Source: Azolla caroliniana (lineage: Eukaryota; Plantae; Polypodiophyta). From it: 64,000 bases of DNA. Every line of letters begins with the position of its first letter. Position 1 is the stretch's first letter. Under the pieces are notes generated by a model. The model did no database searches. It had not been told where the DNA came from and was given only the letters and a program-made list of their open reading frames with translations. The stretch spans positions 14,260,001 to 14,324,000 of the forward strand of contig JBHGNT010000020.1 of NCBI GenBank assembly GCA_043228905.1, written 5' to 3'. The position numbers and the translations under genes are program-made. Shown here piece after piece: positions 36,701-46,078 of this stretch.

Positions 36701-39283
36701 CTTTCGAGTCGAATCGTCAATAAAACTGACGAAGTAAGAGGCACCGCCAAGAGACTGATGCGGCATTGGGCCACAGACGTCCGAGTGGACTAAATCGAGA
36801 GGTTTCGTTTCTCTTGGTGCTGATGTCGGGTGTGATGCGGCTGCTTGTTTGCCATACTGGCAATGTTCGCAGAATTGATGGTCGGAGAAGGAGAGTTTAG
36901 GGATGTATCCGGCTCTAGATAGGTGCGTAATGCCGGCCTTGCTGAGGTGTCCTAATCTTCTGTGCCATAGTGATGACACAGGAATATCCACCAAAAACAG
37001 GTTACCCTCTCTGAGCGTAACATGTAACGGATACAGTGAGTGTATCTTGGGTCCTCTAGCAAGCAGGAGGTTCCCCCTGTGGAGTGTCCACCCTCCCGAA
37101 GAAAAACCGGCACGAATGCCGTCTTCATCTAGTTGTCCGACTGAGATCAATGGCCTTGAGAGCTCGGGTACATCTCGGACATTGTGAAGTACAAGTGTAG
37201 AGCCACCTGCAAGGTTGAGCTCTACTGTGCCGATTCCAATGATGTCACAGTGTTGTGAGTTGCCGACTTGAACTGAGTCGGAGTGACGGATCGTATATTG
37301 CCGAAATTGGGATCGATGAGGAGTCACGTGAAATGACGCGCCCGAATCTAAGAGCCATGTGCTCGATTCTTCAGTCGTGAGCAGAACTTCTGATCCGACT
37401 GGATTTTTGATTGATAGTATATTCGGGTCGTTTGGTAGCACATCAGCTGAGAAGCTGACGTAATTGATCTCCTCATGCCGGCCTCTCTTCTTGTCTGATT
37501 TCTGAGACTTGTCGTTCTTGTTCTTGAGTGCGCGGCAGTCGGCTTTGATGTGTCCGGGTTTCTTGCAATAGTTGCAGATTCGATTATCCCGTGACTGGCT
37601 CCGTCTTCGCTGATTGTTCGGCTGCCGTGAGGAATCTCTTCCTCGTATGTTCGATCGGTCTGTCGAACCTTGTACTACATAAGCGTCGTCTGTTGAGTCT
37701 TTGGCGAAAGACTTTCTCCGAGCTGCTTCGGTTAGGATTGCGCTCGTGACTTCGGAGTATTTAACAGCCGTGGTTGACGCGTTGCACACAGTTGTGACGA
37801 AAGTTTCCCATGATGAGGGAAGGCTGCTCATGAGTATCATTGCTCTGAGTTCATCCTCGATTGCCGTCCCCTGAGATGAGATTTGGGAGCTTATGCTTTC
37901 GTACTCATTGAGATGTGCTTGAACCGAATCTGATTCTTTCATCCGCAAGTTGTAGAGGCGCCGGATCAGAAACATCTTCGTTGCGGCGACCTTCTTTTCG
38001 TAGGTGTTCGACAGTGTTTTCCATAGTTCGAATGCTGTCGTACACGATTGCACCGTAAAGTATACCGATTCCGATAGGTGCATCCGAATCGTGGCGCGGA
38101 CGATTCTGTCCAGCTTCTGCCACTCAATTGGTTTGTATCCTTCTGGAGGTTCTTCATTTTCGATGGGATCGATTTGCCCCTTGACTATGAGATAGTCCTG
38201 CATTTGCTCCTTCCAGAAGTTGAAGTTCGATCCATCGAACTTTCGTAGACTCATTTCTGACGAGCCGGATGTTGATGCCATCAAATTTGGTTTCGGTTGA
38301 CGAAGCTCGGTTCGGAGTTGACTACGAACCTTGTTGGAGTGCAGCCGGTTGGCTCACCCGATATCGTTCTAGTCGGATTTGAACCCGAGTCGGTTCGGCT
38401 TCGGATATATGTATTGTTGAACTTGCTCGAATTGACTCCGGTAACTTGAGGGACAGAACCGACTGGTCTTCCCGAATGTTGCCGAGTCGGAGTGAGCCCG
38501 GTTCGCTTCCGAATATATATGCCAAATACCGATTATTGAAACCGATTGTCTGGACCGATTCTGCTTCGGGTGACTGCAGCAACGAGAGAGACGGATCCAA
38601 CTGATCCTCCCGAATGTCGATCAGCCGGATGAAGCACGAATTGGGGTTGTTGTTTTGAGACCGATCTGCACCGAGTGGTTATAATGAGCGGCGAGCAGCG
38701 TTTGATGACCTCTTTGGATGTCGTTTAACCGAGTGGAGCACGATCGTGTCAATGTTGCATAAGGGGATTTTACCTCGAGCGGTTACGATCACAAGGAACA
38801 GAGTACAACCTGCTGGCTTACTCCAAGCGAAGATGACCTAACGCGATGAGATGCAAGCCTCGTTTTTCTTCTTCTTCTCTCTTCTTCGAATGACGCAAGA
38901 AACCGAATGCTGTGCAGGCTGAGACGACGGCCGACAGCGGGATGAAGGACCGAATACTGTGCAGGCTCTGATACCAGATGTTGGAGACAAGGCCGTGTCG
39001 ATGCGGAAGATCAAGTAGCATTCGATTGGGGTTGAGAACCTGCGTATGACAGTTTGCAAGATCGTGCACAGAGAGAGAGAGAGAGAGAGAGAGAGGAGGC
39101 ACAAAAGAGTCTCTATTCACTAGAAACAATAATACAACAACCTTACAAAAAGGTTACAAGGTCACTATATATATAGTGACCGACTTAGGGCAACTACCAT
39201 TTATGCTAATTACACAAATGGCCCAAACTTGATCTATACAAAGGGATAGTGTGAATACGTCCATTATACACTTGTATTCGACA
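33752..39283 (-). mobile_element. Intact, young Ty1/copia element F
   Basis: TSD CAAAG (33747-33751 / 39284-39288). 305-bp LTRs 33752-34056 and 38979-39283, with one difference noticed in the GA tract. PBS TGGTATCAGAGC at 38965-38976, PPT next to 34057. Confidence 0.97.
34250..38284 (-). CDS. Copia gag-pol polyprotein (1344 aa), intact
   Basis: CNYCKKPGH, WLLDSGAS, HSDVCGP...PEQNGIAER, IIYVDD and TDSDFAG...TEAEY...ADGMTK, in copia domain order. Confidence 0.97.
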   Translation of the reverse strand: MMASTSGSSEMSLRKFDGSNFNFWKEQMQDYLIVKGQIDPIENEEPPEGYKPIEWQKLDRIVRATIRMHLSESVYFTVQSCTTAFELWKTLSNTYEKKVAATKMFLIRRLYNLRMKESDSVQAHLNEYESISSQISSQGTAIEDELRAMILMSSLPSSWETFVTTVCNASTTAVKYSEVTSAILTEAARRKSFAKDSTDDAYVVQGSTDRSNIRGRDSSRQPNNQRRRSQSRDNRICNYCKKPGHIKADCRALKNKNDKSQKSDKKRGRHEEINYVSFSADVLPNDPNILSIKNPVGSEVLLTTEESSTWLLDSGASFHVTPHRSQFRQYTIRHSDSVQVGNSQHCDIIGIGTVELNLAGGSTLVLHNVRDVPELSRPLISVGQLDEDGIRAGFSSGGWTLHRGNLLLARGPKIHSLYPLHVTLREGNLFLVDIPVSSLWHRRLGHLSKAGITHLSRAGYIPKLSFSDHQFCEHCQYGKQAAASHPTSAPRETKPLDLVHSDVCGPMPHQSLGGASYFVSFIDDSTRKVWAYPIRTKDRVFSIFSDWLAMVENQTDRKLKCFRTDNGGEFKSEEFVKFCRQRGIRREFTAPHSPEQNGIAERMNRTIQERIVSMLQHSGLSNGFWAEALLTAVHIINMSPSRPLGLQIPQELWIGSKPNYDKLRIFGCEAYALIPKDDRRKLAPRSRKCIFLGYGSDGEMGYRLWDPERRQIVRSSDVVFNESAMNPSVKKPIEVRRVTFSDVPTLQEGPALNTRSASRVAEPYTTDSDNSDSAQQNNSLSDHPTSIPDATSPIIPRRSERLSQPPERYSPGIFFTDAGEPTSYEEASTSVDSATWHLAMESEMHSIRANKTWDLVELPKHRRALPCKWVYRLKETSDSTTPKYKARLVAKGFRQEYGVDFDKIFSPVVKMTTLHFLLGVVAADNLELIQLDVKTAFLHGDLEEEIYMEQPKGFVATGQEHLVCRLRKSLYGLKQAPRQWYKKFDDFIQSIGFSKSDEDHCLFTNTAQDGSPIFLIIYVDDMLISGRHAGELADLIRQLRLKFAMKDLGPARHILGMKISRHRDKRHLFLSQTDYIGRVLERFNMQSAKSASTPLPMNLRLSQRDCPTSGPEGEDMKSVPYAPAVGSLMYLMVTTRPDISHAVGVVSRFMHNPGRSHWNAVKHVFKYLAGTKDHGILFGPNSTSGVVGYTDSDFAGCIDSRKSTTGYCFKFGNGAISWKSKLQECTATSTTEAEYVAASDAAKEALWLGRLAHTFRQVDHDSAPVVYSDSQGAVALSKNLVHHNASKHIDVRYHFVRDCVISGKIGLEKISTTDNVADGMTKCLSANRFRSLRHQMGVTTNQSG

Positions 39284-39719
39284 CAAAGTCCAGTCAAGAC
39301 CAGCCAAGAAGAAGACAACGAAAATGTCGGATACGGATTCAACAAGTGAAAATGAAGAAGAGGATAATAAGGGGACTCCAGGAGCCGAGCTGGCCTCGGG
39401 TGTCTTGTCATCCGAGCAGAATAAAATAAGGAGAGAGTTAATGCAACGGAAGCTGGTCAGGAAAGGGCAAGTATTTAATTTGCCTATAACACACATCCAT
39501 CGGCCCCCTATTGATGAAAAAACAGGTCGAAGACCACTTGAGATTAGAGAGCCTCATCGCATGCATGTTCAAAATCTCAAGAAAAAAATGAAAATTAATC
39601 CTCATGCCACTGTGGTGTCATGAACAGTACTGAGACAGAGAAGGAATTAGTACTAAACGAAGGATTAGTACTATGAGAGGTGTGGAACTTCTTCGAGAGA
39701 AGGAAGAAGTGAGCGAGAC

Positions 39720-39753
<34 letters not shown>

Positions 39754-40043
39754 TGATGATAAGAAAGATATTTATTATATGAAGAGAATATACAACGGTG
39801 GCTAAAAGGCTTAAGACTGGCGTTGAACCAATTTGGTTCAACATAATGCCTAGTGCCCTCTTTTATAGTGTTTTCAGGAGTAATCCTGAAGCTTCTAGAA
39901 TGTTCCAGAGAAATCTGGAATATACACTAATTTCCTATAATAAAATGTAAATGAAAATAATATCCTACGTATTACAATAGATGGTCTAATGGTTAAGAGC
40001 TTGACCCATATAACCTAAGGTCATGGGTTCGAGTCTTGCCATA

Positions 40044-43000
40044 TCATGACACTATCCCCCCTTTAAAACGACGAGTGTCACGAGTCGTCTTGGATTGAGG
40101 ACCCGGTTTGTGTGGATATTGACGATGGAAGTCTTCAAGAAGAGCACGAGCATTGGTTACATTCTCGATCGGTTCCCAAGTACGTTCGCTGGGACTATAG
40201 CCTAGCCAATCGACTAGATAGTAGAGCTTGTTGCGAACAATCTTGGAATCAAGAATGGCGGCAACCTCGTACTCCGGCCCATCTTCAAGCTCGATCGGGG
40301 GTGGAGGTTGGATAAGACGTTCTGGGATGGTGCTCTCGTGGTAGGGTTCGAAGAGAGAACTATGAAACACCGGATGTATCCGAAGTTGAGGAGGTAGATC
40401 GAGACGAAAAGCAACATCATTAATCTTTCCATTAATACGGAAAGGACCTAATCGCCGATAATCCAACTTCTCACATGGTCGAGTAGTCTTGATGTGTCGT
40501 CGTAGCAACCACACCCGATCTCCAATATTAAAACTAGATGGAAGTCGATGACGATCCGCGTTGTCGTGGCGTGGCTCGGCTAGAAGCGTAGCGTTGCGTA
40601 GACAAAAGATATCGTGAAAGTGAGGAAGGAATCACTGGGATTATGGACGGAAGAGACGAAAGAGTAGAGATAGATAAATAGTGATCAACAAGATATGACA
40701 AGATAGGATATAGAATGATATTTGAAGCAATAAAAGAGATTTACAATTATTTGATAAAAGAGTTACAAAATGATTATGCACATCATTGAACCTCCGAACT
40801 TTGTCTTGCAAGGTAATCGCTCTTCTCTTTCTTGATCGTAGACCATTACAATCTTCACTTCAATATTTTGATGAAGATAAGGCTCGAACCGCCTCCCTCT
40901 TGTTGAGAGTTGACCACCACGACCGCCAAGCTAGAGCTCCACGTTTATGTTAAACTTCTTCCCTTCTTTCTCTATTTTTATGGTATCTCTTATAAAATAT
41001 ATAATTTGATTGATATCTCATACTTATCCCCCTTTGATCTCCTCTTTCACCATTTAAATAGGTGCCCCCATGCATATGATGCATTGGAGGGTACAAGACA
41101 TGCCTGTGATGCATGATCGCCATTTGGCGTTCATGCATTACATGTGATGCATGATAAACATCTCGCTCATTTGAGCTTTTATGTATGAAACAATATATGC
41201 AATAACAATAAACATGAAAATATAATCTTAAAGAGAAAGGGCCTAGCTTAATGGTAGGTGTGTTGACTTTGGTGTATGAGGTTGTTGGTTCGAGTCTCAA
41301 AATACTACAACATACAACTTTATTTTTATATCATGAAGCAAATCCTTTATGTAATATAAAGTATAGATAAAGTATGCTTTATTTTATGTATATTACTAGT
41401 ATAGAGTAAATGGTAAGATTTGAGAGTCATAGGGTGGGGTTATTGGTTCAAGTCCTCTCTTGTTCGTGTAATATAATATATTTATCTATATATATATATT
41501 ATTTTTCTTTACATATATATAATATTATCATATGTGTTGTTATAAAACATTATCAAATGTTATTTTAGTTACGTATTTATCTTATTGTAGACTTTTAATG
41601 TGAAGCTTTCGTACTTCACGACAGCGTAGACCTTGTGTGTTTGTTGAGCTTGCTGGAGATGAGTAAATAAATCCGCTTGTATCTTGCGTAACCGCTCCAA
41701 ACGATCCTCCGCGCACGGATTTGTGGACACCTCTGGGGTTTCAAGTACACTCCACCGGGGGTGACATCCCGTATAAGCATAAAATGGCGTAACTTTAGTG
41801 GATGCGTGGATAGAGTTGTTATAGGCAAATTCGGCGAAGTGGAGAATATCTGCCCAGTCGTCCTGATGATAGCTGAGAAAGCACCGCAGATACTGCTCCA
41901 ACGTTTGATTTGTTCGTTCAGCTTGGCCGTCAGTTTGTGGGTGGTAGCCGGAAGAGAGGTTACAAGTGACCTTGAGCATGTTAAAAAGGTGCTTCCAGAA
42001 TTTTGACACGAACTGGGGTCCACAGTCGCTGATGATACTATCGGGGAGTCCATGATGCCGACATACTTCACGCATGACAATTTCGGCAGTGTCTTCACTG
42101 GAGATCTCCTTAGTACATGGCAAGAAATGAGCCATCTTCGTATATCGATCGACCACCGTTAGAATCGCATTGAACCCCTTAGAGACTGGAAGATCTGTGA
42201 TGAAGTCTAGAGCAATGGATTGCCACGGCTTGCTTGGAATTGATAATGGTTCTAATAAACCATATGGATGATGCCTTGGCATTTTCGCTCTGCAACATGT
42301 ATCACAAGTCCGAACAAAATCCTCGACAAATTGTCGCATACAGGGCCATCAGAATGATCGTTGTACTAAATGTAATGTTTTAGTACTACCAAAATGCCCA
42401 ACTGTATATGTGTCATGACAGTTTTGTACTACTCGAAGGCGGCAAGAACCATTAGGAACATACAAAAGTTCTTTAAAGAATAGTAATCCATCATGGTATT
42501 TGAATTGCCGATAGTCCGTACCTGGTGGTTGCGACTGTGAACACGACGCTCGAGAGGGATCAATTTGTGCTAGTATAGCTTGGGCGAACGCATCTGTCTT
42601 CAAGTCTTCACGTATGGCATCGATAACGCGGGAATCCATAGGCATGTCAAAGATTTGTGTTGCTTGTAATCGTGCCGGTCCCAAGATGACTTGTTTTTGG
42701 TTATCGAAAGCTGGCTCGCCGGGACGGGGTGCTAGATACGAACGCCGTGATAATGCATCTGCCTTCCCTTGGTGCCTCCCCGGACGATATGTAATTTTGA
42801 AGTCGAAACGCGTGAGGAAGTGGGCCCACCGAGCTTGACGTCGATTCAACACACGAGCATCCTGAAAGTAGGCAAGATTCTTGTGGTCACTAAATACGGT
42901 GACTGGATGAGAGGATCCCTCCAGAAAATGCCTCCATTGCATAAAAGAATCCACTATTGCCAATAGCTCCTTATCATGGATTTTGTAGTTGATTTCGGCG

Positions 43001-44706
43001 GCATCAAACTTGCGTGAGTGAAAAGCCACAGGATGTAGCTTTTCATCATTCCCCTGTTGTGACAGAATGCTCCCCAATGCAAAATCCGATGCGTCAGCTT
43101 CGATAATGAATGGTTTCTCCGGATCGACATGAGCTAGAATTGGAGCCGATGTAAATGCTTTTTTAAGACTCTCGAAAGCCATGTCCGTTTCTTCAGACCA
43201 GGTGAATGGTTGTCCCTTCCTGGTAAGTTGTGTGAGAGGTAGAACGATCTTTGAGTAATCCTGTATGAACTTCCGGTAAAAATTGGCAAAGCCTAAGAAG
43301 CATTGCACATCCCGTACCGAACGCGGAGTCTGCCATTCTACCACCGTTCTGACCTTAGCTGGGTCCATGGAGATGCCTTCTGACGAAATGATGTAGCCGA
43401 GAAATTCCACTTGGTTGCACCCGAAACTACATTTTTCTAGCTTTGCATACAGACCATGTTCTCGAAGTCGTTTTAGTACTAATAGTACATGAGAATCATG
43501 TTCTTCTTGGGTCTTTGAATAAACCAGTAGATCATCCAAATAGATGATCAAACAATCATCCAATAGATCTCGGAATATATCATTAGCCATGTGCTGGAAG
43601 ACTGCCGGCGCATTAGTGAGGCCGAACGGCATGACAGTATACTCGAAGTGCCCATATCTGGTGCGAAACGCAGTCTTCCATTCATCTCCTGGTCGGATCC
43701 GTACGAGGTTATATGCTCCCCGTAAGTCGATCTTCGTGAAGAACCTGGCACCATTGATCCGTTCTAAAAGACTTGAGATAAGGGGAAGAGCATACCTATT
43801 CCTGATTGTAACCTTATTCAAGCCACGGTAATCTACAACGAGACGAAGCGATCCATCTTTTTTCTTGACGAAGAAAATGGGCGCACCGGCTGGAGATTTC
43901 GAATGCCGAATGAAACCATTTTCCAAATTCTCCTCTATATAGGCCCGAAGGACTTCTAGCTCGGTTGGTGACAAATTGTAGATCGGTCCCCATGGCGGCT
44001 CTTTTCCCGGTTGTAAATCGATGGGGCAATCGTACGGTCGATGATGAGGAAGTGTGTTGGCTTGTACTTTATCGAACACATCGGTGTAATGGCGATACTT
44101 CTCGGGAAGTTGAATGGTGGATTCTTCGTTAGTGGTGTTGGAGGGGTTTGCTGATATTGCAAAGAGGAACATTTCCTCCTTGTACCCTTCTTTACGCAAC
44201 TGACGTAGCGAAATGGTTGCCATCTTCTGAGTTGACCCTTGGGTTTGTCGACACCGGATTTCTCTTGTTCTCCAATCTATGTCAGGGTTATGTAACTCGA
44301 ACCACGGTAGTCCTAAAACTATAGGATGTTCTGGGATACTAATAATATTAAATGATACTACACATACTAAGTTATCTAGGACAATATTAATGGGCTCTGA
44401 CTCTTCTAGGATATTTCCGGAAGCAATGGGACGTCCATCAATGACTACTACAGAGGCTGGACACTGGAGTTTTCTTAGGGATATCTTATGAGCTTGAGCA
44501 AATTTCTTATCCATAAAGCAAGAGTTAGCTCCGGAATCTAGGAGTGCTAGGACATGTACTGGAGGGGTACTTTTAGTACTAACTATTACTTGGGCTACGA
44601 ACACATCACTAACTTGCTTAGAGGGAATGGAACCACTAATGGGCTGCATAGATCTAGGGCTGTCCAACCAAACGGCTCCTATTTTGGCTGGACTTAGTCG
44701 TTTAAC
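40044..44706 (-). pseudogene. pol: pol of element G (protease, RT, RNase H, integrase, chromodomain), broken by one TGA at 42349 and a solo LTR
   Basis: LLDSGA, YLDD, EADASD, HPQTDGQAE, GPF and chromodomain YEVAAILDS..YLVDWLGY..TWEP. Confidence 0.93.
40562..41623. mobile_element. Solo LTR (1062 bp) inserted in the integrase of element G
   Basis: TGTCGTG...CACGACA with 4-bp TSD GCGT (40558-40561 / 41624-41627). Removal restores HKVYADRHRLPSSFNIGDRVW. Confidence 0.9.
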
Positions 44707-45845
44707 TCTTCTTCTAACTGACTAAGGACATCAAATTTGTTTGCTAGATCTGGGATATTAGTACTATTAGGACTATCAGATATCCCTACTGAAATAGGTT
44801 CAGATTTAGTACAATTAGAACTAGCGACTATTTGGTTTACCTGTCTTCTTGGCCTATGGGGGCAATTTATTGCGATATGTCCTGGTCCACCGCAGTAAAG
44901 ACATAGTCGATTTGTACGGCGTCGCTGCTTTTCTTCTTCGGATAATGGCCCTCGACGACGTGTAGTGTCAATCTCCATCGGAGTCGGAGTATTCGCTGGA
45001 GACGCATTATATGACTCCCTCGGAAAAGGTCTTGCTACCACTGAGGCTTTGGTGGGCTCTGATCTTGCCCTCGGCATCTGTAGCTGTTGTTCCGAACGTC
45101 GCTCAAAGAGGCGGTTGTCACATCTCACCGCGCGACTGATTGCTTCTGTTAAGGACTTTGGCTCTTCGGGGAAGGTCAAGAGTAAATCCTTGACGTCGTT
45201 GCGTAAACCATAACGGAATTGCTCTATCAACGCTTGATCATCCCAAGGGATATCGGCGGCGAGTAGGCGAAAATCTGCAGCGTATGCGGAGGCTGGATGG
45301 TCACCTTGGCGTAATCGCCGGATTTTGTTGATTGCGGTCCTGATGCTGTCAGTATCTCCGAAACATGCTTTAAACTCACCTAGAAACTCTTCAAAATTGT
45401 TGAGTAACGGAGATTCTTTTTCTAATAGTGGAGCGAACCATGACAACGCTGAGCCACTTAACAAAGTGCCTACTAAACCCACTCGTGATGCATCGGTGGG
45501 ATATCGGGAAGGATGCATTTGAATAACTAATCGTACCTGGTTAAGGAACCCTCTAAATTGCGATCGCGTTCCATCGAACTTCGTGGGAAGGCCAATCTTA
45601 GGTTCTTTATGAATCCCTTGTGTTTCGGGCCCATGTTGTTGCATCGCTACGATGGTGGCTTCGAGTTGTTGCACGCGTAACGCAAGTTCCCCATGTTGTT
45701 GTTGCGTTTGCTGCTTTTCTAAGGAGATTTGCTGAAGATCCCCCAGCAACCGTTGGTTTTCTTGTTCCAAAGCATGGAACTTCTCCTTCAAGCATTGGAA
45801 TTCCGAGAAAACAGATTGATATTCTTCAGCGCTAACAGTGGCCAT
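44694..45845 (-). CDS. gag: Gag of element G (383 aa)
   Basis: N-terminal coiled coil, KFDGTR..FRGF, PTPMEID and zinc knuckle [14 protein letters not shown]. Confidence 0.93.
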   Translation of the reverse strand: MATVSAEEYQSVFSEFQCLKEKFHALEQENQRLLGDLQQISLEKQQTQQQHGELALRVQQLEATIVAMQQHGPETQGIHKEPKIGLPTKFDGTRSQFRGFLNQVRLVIQMHPSRYPTDASRVGLVGTLLSGSALSWFAPLLEKESPLLNNFEEFLGEFKACFGDTDSIRTAINKIRRLRQGDHPASAYAADFRLLAADIPWDDQALIEQFRYGLRNDVKDLLLTFPEEPKSLTEAISRAVRCDNRLFERRSEQQLQMPRARSEPTKASVVARPFPRESYNASPANTPTPMEIDTTRRRGPLSEEEKQRRRTNRLCLYCGGPGHIAINCPHRPRRQVNQIVASSNCTKSEPISVGISDSPNSTNIPDLANKFDVLSQLEEELND

Positions 45846-46021
45846 GGGATGAAAGAAAAGAGGAATAAAAGATTAGTAGGAAATGAGAGAGACAGAAGGT
45901 AGGAAATTGGTTCAAACTGTCATGAACAGTACTGAGACAGAGAAGGAATTAGTACTAAACGAAGGATTAGTACTATGAGAGGTGTGGAACTTCTTCGAGA
46001 GAAGGAAGAAGTGAGCGAGAC

Positions 46022-46078
<57 letters not shown>

